Positions 34,564 through 47,751 of a stretch of 64,000 nucleotides of DNA are shown here, in pieces. Origin of the DNA: Neovahlkampfia damariscottae. Lineage: Eukaryota. A program made the translations under genes and the position numbers. Where the stretch lies: contig JABLTG010000028.1 of assembly GCA_016618085.1 (NCBI GenBank), forward strand, positions 1 through 64,000. Direction: 5' to 3'. How positions within the stretch are numbered: position 1 is the stretch's first letter; every line of letters begins with the position of its first letter. The notes beneath the pieces are model-generated. The model saw only the letters and a program-made list of their open reading frames with translations, did not search any database and was not told where the DNA came from.

Positions 34564-34707
34564 ATGGGAAAAAAAGCAATCAAGAAAAAAGAGAAAGAAT
34601 CAGAAAAATCAAAGACCAAAAAAGTCAAAAAATTGGAAAAACGCAAAAAGAAGCAAGAGAAAAAACAAGATTTCCATCGTATGGTCAAAGAAATCAAAGA
34701 AGAATAA
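34564..34707 (+). CDS. 47-aa lysine-rich microprotein, not in the ORF track
   Basis: CCAATC at ~34547, then MGKKAIKKKEKESEKSKTKKVKKLEKRKKKQEKKQDFHRMVKEIKEE*. Confidence 0.55.
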   Translation: MGKKAIKKKEKESEKSKTKKVKKLEKRKKKQEKKQDFHRMVKEIKEE

Positions 34708-34977
34708 ATTCTATTTTCACGCAGATTTCGAAATATGTAAAATGCTAAGAATATATTTGACCTTTTTATTGTCATTCCAGAACAAACATTCTCATTTCTA
34801 CAACAAAAACAAAAATTAATTCCTCTTTGTGCGTGGAATATATTCATCCATAAAAAGGACCCTCAATTACCCGCAAAGAGATAAATTTAAGAAATAAACA
34901 TCTCTTCATTAAATGTAACTGCATTACTTTTATGGTGATTTGCACCTTACAAAACATACTGATTGGTTGAAAATAAA

Positions 34978-36661
34978 ATGCAAAAACCAAAGAGCTTGAC
35001 ACCAGAAGAAATAAAAAAAATTGAAAAAGTAACTTCAGGATGGAGAAATCAACCGAATGAATTCTCTTTTTATTTTAAAGATGAATTCATACAAGGAAAA
35101 CTCCCATACGATTTAAGAGGCACTTTTTCAAGAAATGGACCTGGTTTTTTGGAAGTTTACGGAACAAAATTAGTAAACAATAAAATATTATTTACAAAAT
35201 CAGAAACATCCAATTGACGGTGATGGATACATTTGCACAATCACCTTTGAAGGTTTTTTAAAAAAAAAATTTAAAAAAAAATAATAGATGGAAAAGTCGC
35301 ATTTAACAGCAAATTTGTAGATACTTATAGTCACAAAGAAGAAAAAAAAGCTCAAAGAATGCTTTATAATGGTAGAATCAATAAAAAAATTTTCTAAAAA
35401 AAATGTAGGTTCCATGGGAAGTCGAGCTCCAACAATTAAAAACGTGAAACCAAAAAAAAAATTTAGAGATCCAAGTCACACAAATGTAATAATTTGGGGT
35501 GGTAAAATGATTTCTTGTTTTGAATTTGATCTTCCAAATTCTTTAAATCCTCAAAATTTAATCACTTTAGGTAGAGATAATTTGAATGGTGGAATTTCAG
35601 AGATAAATAGATTATCAGCACATTTTAGATATGATTCAAAATATGATATTATATGTTCTGTTTCATTTCGACAAGGAATTTCATTCATGAATAAAAAGCC
35701 ATTAGTTCAATTTACTGAATTTGATCGTTCATGGAATGCTGTCAGAACCACAAGAGTTTCAATAGACGGATTAAATTATATTCATGATTTGTTATTGACA
35801 CCACATTATTATCTTGTTCATATGACACCGTTCGTAAAATTAGGAAAAGAAGAAATTAAAGACGTTCTAACTGGAAAAAAATTGCCAGGTGAACAAATGA
35901 AATATTACCCAGAAAATCCTTCTAAAATGGTATTAATTGAACGTAATATGCATAAACCTTTAAATGAAAATCCAAAAATTATTCAACTTGATGTTCAACC
36001 GTGTCACATTTATCATTTTGGGTTATGCAGAGAAATCCAAAAAGACAATGGTGAAACTGAAATCACTTTTAATGCTTGTTGTTTGCCAGTAGAATTCAAT
36101 ATGGAATGGAAAGATAAAATATTCTTATCTAATACAAATGATGCACCTGGAATTATGAATAATTTCAAAGTCACTCTTGGGAAAGAAAATAAATGTGAAG
36201 AATGGATTTCGAAATGTTTATCCAATGTATCTTGTGAATTTCCAACAACTCACCCATTTAGACATTGCACTCGTGAAAAAGATATAGAAACAAGATATAC
36301 CTATATTATGGCTGCAGAACCTGGTATTACCATTCCTTTCAAATGTATCATTAAATATGACATGAAAATGGACGAAATTCGTTTTTGGAAAGCAGAAGGA
36401 GTTGTAGGAGAGCCAATATTCGCACCTAAATTAGGATACTCAAGTTCAAAATATGGTGACGAAGATGATGGTTATGTGATTTGCCAACATTATGTTGTTG
36501 AAGAAGAAAGAGTTGAATTTTGTATATTGGATGCAAAGAAAATAGAAGATGGACCCATTTGTCGACTCAAATGTCCATATTTCATACCATATGGTTTTCA
36601 TGGAACTTGGTCACCTGATATTTATATTCATCATCAACCAACAATAAAATCAAAATTATAA
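34978..36661 (+). CDS. Carotenoid cleavage oxygenase (RPE65/CCD family)
   Basis: RNGPG, HPIDGDG, LSAH, YIHD, IYHF, EFP, GEPIFAP and PYGFHGTW. Confidence 0.92.
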
Positions 36662-36710
36662 AGACTTTAACAACATAAATTCATTTATTCAAGTTGAAAT
36701 GTTAATTGTT

Positions 36711-38093
36711 TTAACTGTTTATTCTTGAAATTTTCATTTTAACATCACCATTTGGAGGTAAATAAGCAAATGATTGAAAATCATTATCAATTGATTTTTC
36801 TTCAACTAATTCACATTTGAAATGTTTCAACATCAATACAACAAAAAGTTTGATTTCATTAATTGCAAAATATCTTCCAGGACATAAATGAATACCTCCT
36901 CCATAAGGAATTTGTGAGTTTTTAACTTTTTCTGGGATTTTTCCTTTATATCTATTTGGATCATATTTTTTTGGATTTGGATACAATTCTGGATCTTGAT
37001 ACGAAACAGGGATCATAAAAACTCGATCCCCTTTTCTTAAGTTATATTTTTTAGCATTAACTTCAACAGTTGTATCTTCCATTGTTTGTCTTAATGAAAT
37101 GCCAACATTATGAAATCTATTTGCTTCAAGGTATGCTCCTTGAAGATTTTCCATTGAATTTATTGAATCTTCATAATGATCAATAGAGAATTTATCAGTT
37201 ATTTCAGCCATCACTTTTTCTTTAGTTTCTTGATCTCTCATTATTTCATAAAATGTCCAAAATGAAGCATTGATTGTATTTGTTTGTGAAGCATTTAACA
37301 TAGAAAATCCTACACTTGCTGTTTGTGATTTTGGAGCTTCTTCAGCGAGAACACCAACAAAGTCACATGCTTTTGTCAAATCCAATTGTTCAATTTTCTT
37401 TAAAATTCTTTTTCTAGCTTCGAACACATGATTTATCAAGAATCTTGGAAATCCATTTGCAACAAACTTTAAACTATCATCAAATGTGAAAAAATCTTTT
37501 TGTGTTGAATCAGAATCAAAGTCTTCTCCAAGCATTGATTTTGAACTTGCATAGTACAAAACGGTACGAATAAATGAATGTAGATCAACTACCAATTCTC
37601 CATCTATATTATGTTCTTCAAAATATTCATTCAATTTTTTCAAAGTAAGTCTTGCATATACTTTTGTCAATGCTTCTAATGATTCTCCTTGAAGATATTT
37701 AGATATGGACATTGAAGTTCCTCTTAATTTTTCAGGATCTAAATCTGAATCATCTACTACTTCACCATTCATCCTTTGAGACATTTCATGCATTAATGGA
37801 GTGAATGAAAATACTCTTGGTTTCTTTTGCATTGATGCGTATGAATTAACATCAGAGATGATGTGAATTCGTTTTCCAAATAAATGTACTGTAAATATAT
37901 TTCCATATTTTTCTGCGTTTTCTTTCACAAAAGGATAAATTCCTCCTGCTTTTGCGATATCTAAAGCTGCTCCAACCATTGGAATGAAACCTCTGATATA
38001 AACTGGTTCACCTTTTTTATTTGAGAATCCATTGAAGTATAAGAATGTGATAAGATAAACAACTATTGGAGTGAGGAGAAGAAGCCACCACAT
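36711..38093 (-). CDS. Cytochrome P450 (CYP7/CYP39-like)
   Basis: N-terminal TM, ASQTNT I-helix, EANR, YDPNRY and PYGGGIHLCPGRYFA. Confidence 0.93.
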   Translation of the reverse strand: MWWLLLLTPIVVYLITFLYFNGFSNKKGEPVYIRGFIPMVGAALDIAKAGGIYPFVKENAEKYGNIFTVHLFGKRIHIISDVNSYASMQKKPRVFSFTPLMHEMSQRMNGEVVDDSDLDPEKLRGTSMSISKYLQGESLEALTKVYARLTLKKLNEYFEEHNIDGELVVDLHSFIRTVLYYASSKSMLGEDFDSDSTQKDFFTFDDSLKFVANGFPRFLINHVFEARKRILKKIEQLDLTKACDFVGVLAEEAPKSQTASVGFSMLNASQTNTINASFWTFYEIMRDQETKEKVMAEITDKFSIDHYEDSINSMENLQGAYLEANRFHNVGISLRQTMEDTTVEVNAKKYNLRKGDRVFMIPVSYQDPELYPNPKKYDPNRYKGKIPEKVKNSQIPYGGGIHLCPGRYFAINEIKLFVVLMLKHFKCELVEEKSIDNDFQSFAYLPPNGDVKMKISRINS

Positions 38094-38342
38094 CAATTTT
38101 TTTTCTGATAGTAGCCAATCGGACTTTTTCTTTGTATTTACCCTATCCAATCAGATCTTTTTTTTGTTCACGATGGATCCACATCAATTTCTTGAATAAA
38201 ACATTGAGAAACAAGGGAATTCACCAGGACTTGTACTGAAATTTCCAAAAAATTAAATAGTAGAAACTGATTTTTACTAAAATATTGATTCAAAGAATTG
38301 GTTTGTTGAATTATCTCTGAAATCTGAACAAGATGATAGAAT

Positions 38343-38555
38343 TTATTCTTTTTTTAAATTTTCAAGGATTTTGTTTTTGGGTGTTTCATTTTTTTGCAAA
38401 GTTTCGTTCTGTGTCTCTCCTGTAAAATTTGTCATTTTTTTACAATTTGAACAATAATCAAAATGGAATTTTGCATTAGATGAGCTTTTTAATCGTTCAT
38501 GTTGACATTCAACACAATATGGATCAAAGGCCTTTGATGTTTGTTTTCCTTCCAT
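38343..38555 (-). CDS. Small zinc-ribbon protein
   Basis: CVEC...CSNC; CCAAT box upstream at ~38569. Confidence 0.55.
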   Translation of the reverse strand: MEGKQTSKAFDPYCVECQHERLKSSSNAKFHFDYCSNCKKMTNFTGETQNETLQKNETPKNKILENLKKE

Positions 38556-38599
38556 CAAAATAATTGACCAATAACAACTTTTTTATTTTTAGATTTTTT

Positions 38600-39953
38600 T
38601 CACCAATCTGATTCTGTATCTGAATCTGAATCTGAACTGCTGGATGAATCTGATTCAGATGAGTTTCCAGGTAAAATATGGTGAAATTTGATGTTTTTGG
38701 TTTTCAGATTTTTCAAATATTTTACTCTGTTTCTTCCAAGTTCAACGAGGAATTTTTTATCGAGTTTTTCAATTTGATCATCTTTTAAAATTAAATCCAT
38801 ATGAACGTTCATGAAATAGATAAATATTTCATTCAATTTTTCAATTTTTTCAGGTTGGACATGTTGAAAATAGAAATCGATATAATTTTTAAGATTGATT
38901 GAATTTGAAATGTATTCTTCACATGTTTTTTGTAAATCATCTATTTTATAGTCAATTGAAATTTTGTACAATTCAATTACTTCTTTCAGTTCAATATTGG
39001 AAATTCTTGAAAATGTTAGAAGAAATCAACATCGATTACCGATCTGTGTAGACATATTCCAAGAATAAACGGAATGAATTCTCAGAGTATTTATTAATTT
39101 CCACAATTTCCTATGAATAATTGAGAAATTTCTTTTTCTTACTTGTTGAAAAATCAAATTTTCTGATTTGGAACTCAAAGCGATTTTATGAGCAAAAATA
39201 ATTGAATCTTGAATTTTGAATTGAATATCACTATATTTCTGATTAAACAATAATTTTGAAAAGATAGGATCAATATGTTCTTTATCTAATTTGACATTTT
39301 GAAAGTTCAATTTGGAAGTTTCAGAATCAGAAATGCTTCCATTGAAATGTATTCTTTGGATTTCAATGTAATCAATTGATGGATATTGAGGTGAAATGAA
39401 CAAAAATATTAAATATCTTCCTTTCAATGAATTACATTTTTTAAATTTAATTTTCATAATTCCATTAGATTTGAATTCAAAATACTACAAATTTAATCAA
39501 TTTTTCAACATACCACATCAGGTTTGTTTTCAATGTTTTTATCCAAAGAATTCCATTTTTCTTTTGTAAAATCAATATATTTTTCATATTTTTCGTATTT
39601 TGAAAATTCTTCATTTTCCAGGGGTGATGGTTTTTCATTTGTTGACCAAATAAATCTGTGAAAAAAGTAAAAAATAAAAATCTTCCAAACCCATTTTTTG
39701 GAGGTTGAACGGATTCAGAATCAATTTCAATCTTATTCAAATTAAAAAATTGATCATTTTTTAACTTTAAAATTAACAAAATATTTTTGTTTTTTTTTGA
39801 GTAATGATAGTTTGATGATTTAAGACAATTTTCAATTTGATAGTATGAATCATTTTGATAGTTACCACCATTATAGAATACAACTTCAAATTCTGAACTT
39901 AAATCATCATCACAAGGTTCTGGAATAACGTTTGCTCTTAGTTTTACCTCCAT
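38600..39953 (-). CDS. BTB/POZ(-BACK-like) domain protein, spliced
   Basis: YSDIQFKIQDSIIFAHKIALSSKS and IDDLQKTCEEYI. Confidence 0.8.
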
Positions 39954-40103
39954 GATGCAAATTAATTGGTTGAGAAATTTATTAAATGATTAACTAATTT
40001 AAGTACATTATTTCACTTATTTCTACTACTGACATTATATAATGACCAATGATGATCATTAAAATCGGAATTTTGAACCAATAAATTTTGAACCTTTTTC
40101 TCC

Positions 40104-41156
40104 ATGAGTTCAATTGAACTTCAAAAAGAAAGAGGTGATTTAAAAGAAAGAATAAAGAAAATTGATGAAAAAATTGAAAGCTTAAAATATTTCCAACAAA
40201 TAGAATGTTGGACAGCAAGTAAAATAAACAGAAAGGAATTTGAAAAAAAATATGAACCTGAAGTAGTAAGCCTTTTTAAAAAAGAAAAGGAAATTAGTGA
40301 TTACCTAAAAAATTACAAAAAAACTATGGGCAGAAGAGTTCACATCTCCCAATCCAAATATTTGTCTATAAGTTGTTTATTTAAAAAAACAAGTCAATGG
40401 TTAAACAATTACTCAAACGTTTACTGTTGACTGTGATTTATTAGATCATTATAAACAATTGGGTTTAGGAAAAAAACGAGAAGAAAAAAAGTTGATCATG
40501 AAAGAAGCTGAAAAAGAAACTGTGTTTTCAAAAAAAGAAAACAGCAGAAACTATCCTCTTGCTTTTTTAAGTGAATACACGTTAGTAATCCCACCTTGCA
40601 AAGTGGATTTTGGAATTATGGAGAATGATGAAAGCAAAAACAAAGAACAAAAGCATACTCGAAACGTTGGTGACAATTTTCAGCTAGATCCGACAGAATA
40701 TAAACTTATTCACAGTGAGCTCACTGAAGATATTTTTAAAGAATTAATTAAATGTATTGATCATTTGAAAAGTTTGATGGCGTCATTCGATCATATTACC
40801 TAAATACAAGATATGTGAAAGTTTTACAAACCAATGTTGAGAGTCATCACTTAAAATATATGAGTACAGAAAAACTGCAAGACTTTAAACATTCTGAGAG
40901 ATTATTCACATACAATATGAAAAGTACATTTGAAACATGGGCCAATTGGGAAAGTCTTGAAGAAATGAATATTTTCTTGATCTCTACTCATCCTTCCTGC
41001 AAAGTATGCATGGTTCACATGCAAAATTTTTTTTCTCAGTTGAAAGAAGAGAAAAAATTTAAATTGAATTTAACGGTGATATCCAGATTATTAGGGAACC
41101 AAGAACCAGAATTTACACATATTGAAAAAGAGATTAAATGGCTAAAACTTCTGTGA
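40104..41156 (+). pseudogene. Disrupted gene ending in a zinc-dependent nucleotide deaminase domain
   Basis: Three ORF pieces; the last has HSERLF...IFLISTHPSCKVC (HxE...CxxC). Lesions at ~40370-40404 and ~40770. Confidence 0.6.
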
Positions 41157-42180
41157 ATCTTTCTCAAATATTGGTGAAAGAAGAAAACTAAAATACATTT
41201 ATTTTGAATCAATAAGATTTTGAATAGCTTTGCTTTTAATCCTACAAGTGTCAATTCCACCAAAACCACTATCATAAAATGATTTAATAATTCCAAAGAT
41301 TCCACTCGCACATTTTTATTTTTTGATGCCCTATTCAAAAAGCGAAAAGATTCAGCATACATTTTCAATTCATACAATTTAGAACCAATATAGAAAAGAC
41401 TTTCTTCATCATTTTGGTATAAAGCTTTCTTGAGAATTCTACTTTCTTCGTCAGAAAAAAAATAAGATTCCATTGATTTTTTTGAGCATTCTTCTATCCA
41501 TTCATTTATCCAACCTTTAGGTTTGATAATTTTTTTCGAAAAAGGTTCTGAAGTACACATAATGTAATCAATAGACTCACATTTTTCAAGTTGTTCCAAT
41601 TTTTCTTTTTTAATTTCCCCATTCAAAAACAAGATGAGATTCTTTGAGTCTTTAAATTCTTCTACATCGACTTTTTCTAATACTTCAATATTTTTAAACT
41701 CAAACAAAATGTGGTGTGCGCATGTCAAGCCAATCAGGTCTTTTGTTTCTTCAACAAAGAAATACTCAAATGAATTGTCATTTTCAAAATAGAAGTCCAG
41801 ATATATTGAAAGTTCATCGCTCTCTTCCACTTTATATGAACCACTAATTTCCAAACTTGAAGTACTTTGAACTTGAGATTCTTCTTCCCACTTTTGAAAA
41901 GAATTTTTTTAGTTCTTTTGTGAGTTCCTTGTACTTTGGGCTACTGAAGGAATTATAAAATTGAATTTTTCTAGATTTTATGTGATCTGATTTCTTTGAA
42001 AGCAAATTAAATAAAAGAATTTTTCCTCCATTTTTTTTTTTTTTGTTGGTAAAACTCAACAAACTCAGAAAAAACCTGATGAATATTAGCATCTTCAAAA
42101 CAGGAGTGATCTTTATGAATTTTAAGAAAATCCAAAAAAAAAAGTGCCTCTTCTTCAGTTGTTGATGTAGATGTGCTCAT
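41036..42180 (-). CDS. Hypothetical protein with homopolymer frameshifts; 3' end uncertain
   Basis: ATG 42180 (MSTSTSTTEEEALFFLDF) joins the 41854 ORF through shifts in A-runs. Confidence 0.45.
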
Positions 42181-43402
42181 TGGCGGATTTTATTTTTAAG
42201 AGTATTTTGTTAAAAATTATTTCTAAATAATCCAAAATTTAAACAAAATGCAAAAAAAAGTTTCGGGTCGTATTAAGAACAATGCTTTAATCATTTTAAC
42301 ATTCAAATTTAGAGTATTGTTCCTATTGAGCTAGAAACACTTAAATATTATTTTTTCTGATTTCGAATTTTATTTTTTGAGCTTCTTCAAGCATTTTACT
42401 TGTAAAGTTCTTATAATGAAAACAATTCACATCCAAAGTCCATTCTAGATTTTGGGGTTTTTTGTTATATTCCTAAAAACGCTCCAATAAATATCTGAAA
42501 ACTTATGTAATTTGTTTTTTAGATGTTGGTTGTTCAATTTGGAGTGCAGAGCGAAAAGTAAAGCAGTTTTTTCATTGGTCGAGAATTGACCAACTGTCCG
42601 ATTATATTACTCATTTCCTTTGTGAAAGGCAATGACAAATTGAGTAATTTTTTTTAGAAATATTCTCAATGTTTTTTAAGACAACCAACTTTTTGTGAAA
42701 TAAATCACTTGTTGTGAGTAACAGCATCTATTGTTTAAAAACATCACTTGTTGCCTAATTACATACTGTTGTAAATAACACTCCTTGTTGTCCAACATGA
42801 TGAATTGTCCAAGAGTCTTAAATAATACATAGTGATTATAGTTTCTTTGGGTTTAAGTATTTCTAGTCACTCAAAAACATTCGGATTTGGAGAAAATTAT
42901 TTTGGTCACGATGAGTAGTAAAATGAAATTTGGAACAATTATCCTTTTGACAATATGTGCTTTGATAATGCCAAGACTAATTATTAGTGCAATGCAACTC
43001 GTAGATAGTCTAGTTTGCACGATAATGCATGGAAAAGAAATATGTGAATTATTTGAATAAAATTTATTATAATTCTGTCTTTTTATCGTAACTGATGTCC
43101 AGAAACAATGAACGAATCTCATGAAACTTTTCTGTACACGAGCGAAGTAATTGAGCTTGATATGTGACACCAAACATTATTATTTTATTTCCTTTTTTAT
43201 AATCTATAATTGATTGTGTTATTTGCCGGCGAATGCTCATTTCGTTTCCTTTCGTGAAATAAACAATATAATATCCATCTACATTAGCTACCATGGTTAA
43301 TGAATCTTTGAGGTTATAGACTCCAGTTGAAAAAAGTGGAAATAAAATTTACTTGAAATTATAGTTGAGTTTGGATCGACAGAATACATTCTATGTAAAT
43401 GC

Positions 43403-43603
43403 TTATTTTTCTTTGTTTTCAGTCACAGTCATTTCATCAAATTCTTTCACCAAATTGTTAAATTCTTTTTTTGAATGTTTTTTTGATTTTTTTTTTCTTG
43501 TTTTTCTTTGCTTTTCAATTTTTTTTTCTTTCTTATTTTTTCTTTTGTTCTTTGGTTTTGCAGACTCTCTAAATAAAATATGTTCATCTTTTTCTTTCAC
43601 CAT
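43403..43603 (-). CDS. 66-aa lysine-rich microprotein
   Basis: CCAAT at ~43626; MVKEKDEH...KKKSKKHSKKEFNNLVKEFDEM. Confidence 0.55.
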   Translation of the reverse strand: MVKEKDEHILFRESAKPKNKRKNKKEKKIEKQRKTRKKKSKKHSKKEFNNLVKEFDEMTVTENKEK

Positions 43604-43649
43604 CCTTTGGTTCAAATAAAATTGACCAATGAACAAAAAACTTTTATTG

Positions 43650-46600
43650 TTAGATCAATTCAATCAAATTTAATAATTCTATTTCATTTATTTTCTGATT
43701 ATCACTCAATTTTTTTAAAATCTCTATTTTCTGTTCGTCATTCAGAAAAAGATATAATTTCAAGAATTCACTATCAACCACAAAACATGAATCTGAAGAC
43801 TCACTTGACCGATATTTATGATGTGAATTTCCCAAAACCATTTTAAGTTTCACATCAGAAGATGATAATATTTCTAAAAACTCCTCCAATTGATGTAAAA
43901 TATTGTATTCATTTTTTGAAATTTCTGTGAACTTGATAATTGATCCACACATCGTTCCACAAAAAAAACTAAATCGTTCAACTTGAAAAATTTGTTAGAT
44001 AACTTGATTTACTTTCTGAGTTGAAATTTAATTGACTTTCAAGAAAATTCATTGATCCAATTTTTCTATTTGGAGACGAGAATCTCTTTAATTTCAAACA
44101 AGTTTCACCAATATTATAAAATGATGAAGGAACAAGTTCATTGTTTTCCAAATTTAAAGAAAAGATATTTCCTTCTCTGTCTGTTCCAACAACAAAATCA
44201 TCATTGACCAAAATACAAGATGATCCTAATCTGGATATAATGTCTCCTTGAATGAATTTTAATTTTTTTTCTTTTTCTTCAAGTTGGAATAAAATCACTG
44301 AATCATATTCATCACTAATACAAATTCTATTTTCTCCACAACTAATACTGCGAATGAAATTCTTTGTTGAACTCACGCAGAAAATATCAAATTCATCAGA
44401 AAAAGTTAGAACCATAATTGTCTTCCCTGCAGAGCATACAATATATCTATCAAATTAATGAAATTTTTGGAATTACTTTGATTGGTAAATTTCAATGCAA
44501 AAAACAACTCCAGGTAGGTTGAAGCATTCAATTTCTTCAAATTGGAATGTTGATTTCTTTTGGAACTTTGACTTGTTCTCATTGATTTTCAAAATTCTGA
44601 TATTTCCTGTATCAAATTCATTTGATTTTTTTTCTTTTTGTTGACTTCCTAAAAGTAAATATTGATTATCTTCATGTTCAAATACTAAAGTTATTCAATT
44701 AGAAAAATTGATATTTCCTACAACATTGTGAAAAAAAAGTCTCATCTTCTTCTGCTTTCAAAATTTCTTTGATTTCATTTTCAATCAAATCTACCATCAA
44801 AACAGAATTTCCTTTCAAAAGAAATGAAATAGGTGAATCCTTTTTAGATAAAATTCTATTACACATCTAGATGATTTAATTCTCTTAGTTTGCTTACTTT
44901 ATCAGTTTCATATTCTTTAATTGACATCACAGAAAGTGAATTTATTGTATATATTTGAACAGAATCTAATACATTTAAAATACCATTTTCATATTCTTCA
45001 ATAGATATTGGTTTGACCAATCCAACCTCATAGACGTTTAATTTTATTTTTGATTTTTACTTCTTCAATATTTAAACGATTAATGTTGAATTTATTCAAT
45101 TTTTCATCATTTGAAACTAACCATGAATTGTTGCTTGTTGCTAATACTTGTTTTCCATTTTGATATAAATTTTCAGTCAATGTTAGAGCAATTGGATGAT
45201 CTCCGATTTTCTTTTTCATGAAATTCATTAATTGTACAGATCCCGAAGTCAATGAACAATCAAATGATAATAAATTCCCATCTCGCAATCCAATGAATAA
45301 AACATTTCTCTTTGGAAATTTTGAAAATAGAATAGACTGAGGAATAGAAGAATCTTCTTTTAAATAATCATTCAAATTGATTTTTGATATCAAATTGAAG
45401 TTCTTTGAATCTAAAAACAAGATTGAGTCTGAATAGGTACCAAGAATTATATAATTTTCAAATTCATTCCTTAATTGTTAAATTAATAAAAATTCAAACG
45501 AGAAGTGAACACAACTTATTTGTTGTTCAATACTTTTCATATTCTCCTCAACTAACACATAACCACTGGATGTAAAATTTTGATTTTCTGCTTACTCATT
45601 TTTGGATATAAAATTTAACATCAACAAGTTGTCTTTGTTATCACACAATACAATTATATTCCCAGAAATTGATGATAAAGTAATTTTTTCTTTCGATTTC
45701 CAACAACATAGAATTTTACCATTATACTCTTTTTCATTTTCACATTCAATAATGATGACTTTTTCTTCAGTTATTTGAACATACACATTTTCTTTGATGT
45801 GTCCAGCTTCAATTGTTGCTGAATTAGTTTCAAAACAAGAATTGAAACTAACATCTTCTATTTGTGAATCTAGTGATCCCATAATTCTAGTTTCAGATAT
45901 AAAACTCATCACGATGAATTTGTTGAAGCTACCATGTTCTTTTGAGCTTTGAGATAGTGTCCAAAGTCCATTCACACTGAAATCAGTTAAAAACTATCAA
46001 AATTGATAACCTTTTGTAATTTGGTTCTGACTTTAAAACTGAATTTACAATCAATCCCTTTTGAATCAATTTTAATTTTTTTTCTGTTTTTGATGGGCAT
46101 CCTCCAACTGAAACTAAAAATTCATTTTCATTTTCATTCATTAATTCAATATCTATTATTGGAGCAATATTTTGTGTTGTAGAAACTAATTCTGTTGTAT
46201 AATCATCAAAATCTAATGAATAAATTTTTCCGTCTCCATTTCTACTTGAACAAAAGACAAAATGACAATCATCAGATTCATTCAACTTCATTATGATATT
46301 GTATGGGTTCGATGAATTTAATTCTTTGAGTGGAATAATTTTCAGTTTTTCTTCTTCAATATCCACGATAAATTGTTTTCCATTTTCCACTGAAATCAAT
46401 AGTTGTTCATTTTTTTTGTTGAAGAGTTCCCATGAATAGCCAGTGACTAACAATTCTATGAATCATTTAATCAAGAATTATAATACCAAATTGTTCAATA
46501 ATCGAACATTCGTCGATTAATTTCAATTCTTTGTTGATCATTTTGAGAAACAAAATCTTTGAACCTTTGAAAGCAATTAATCCATCATTCATAAATGGAA

Positions 46601-47685
46601 TTGAGGTGATTTTATCGATTAAAATTGATTTTTCAAAAACATCTGATGGTTTTGAATAAAAATATGAAGTCAAAGAAAAATTTTTGAATGTTAAATCTCC
46701 TTGTAAAATACGGACTTCATTTTCATCCTCTTGTTGACTAAAAAATAAAAAAATAAGAATATGAGTACTTTGTGATTAAAAAAACCATTGAAAAAGTGTC
46801 CTTTTCACCATTTTTCATTTCTATGTCCCAAATGGAATGTGGGATTGTCAAAGCATGTTGCTATTTATTGTCATGTGAATTAATAATTTTTTACTTTTTC
46901 AATAGTCAATAAATCTTCATTAAAATAAAAAATTGACCCTGATTTGTTGAAATTTGTCACTAAAATTAAATTCTTTTCATCAAGAACAGAGAGTTTCCAT
47001 CCAAAATTTGAACGAATAGAATCTGTTTCTGTGTTGAGACTAATTTGATTTATCACTAAAAATCTGTTTATATTCGTATCATATTCAAGTAAACTCAAGT
47101 TATTCTCTCCCATCAACAACAAAAAGTCCTTTTTGGTTGGTTAATTTTTTTTTTTGTTTACTTTGTTATTTTTTTTTGAATAAATTTTACGGATAATTTG
47201 TCCACTTCCGAATAAAAATTGATCACTTACAATATTTAACGTGTCATTTTCAAAAAAGGATAGCTCTAAAGTATTTTCCTTTTAATTGTTTAATTATTTC
47301 ATCGTTTTACTTTTAACAAGACAATATATTTCTGATCTTCAATTGTAATTTTTTCAGCATGTTTGATTACGTTGCTTTTTGAAATATATGAAGACTTGAG
47401 GTAAACAGAAAACATGTAAGCGCTTTTGAATGTCCAATGAAAATGCTTCTTGAAAATGCTTCTTCAATTATTACTTCATTTGTATCAAAATTCCATTTTC
47501 CAAAATTATATTTTTTCCCATGATTATTAACTTTCAACCATTTTATCATCTTAAATTTTTAAAAATGAATGAAACTTACTCCTTCAACTGATCTTGGATC
47601 ACAAATAGAAATTTTTGAAATGAATAATTCTGAAACCTAACTCAAAACAAGAACCAGTTTTTTTTCACTGAATATTCATATTCAT
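43650..47685 (-). CDS. DDB1/SF3B3/CPSF160-family beta-propeller protein with many introns; start approximate
   Basis: QNIAPIID, GLWTL...FIVMSFISETR, LFIGLRDGNL, VVGTDREGNIF and FYNIGE motifs across exons. Confidence 0.8.
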
Positions 47686-47751
47686 ACCAATAATTATTCT
47701 TGAAAAAATTGTCCAATTAAATCAGATCAATTTTAATCTTCAACACAAACA

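Noticed and set aside
34708..34960. Intergenic stretch with short open frames
   Set aside because: No consistent gene model or RNA motif on either strand.
42200..43360. Short ORFs, including 43067-43294, in a gene-poor gap
   Set aside because: No recognisable motif; possibly decayed genes but not supportable.
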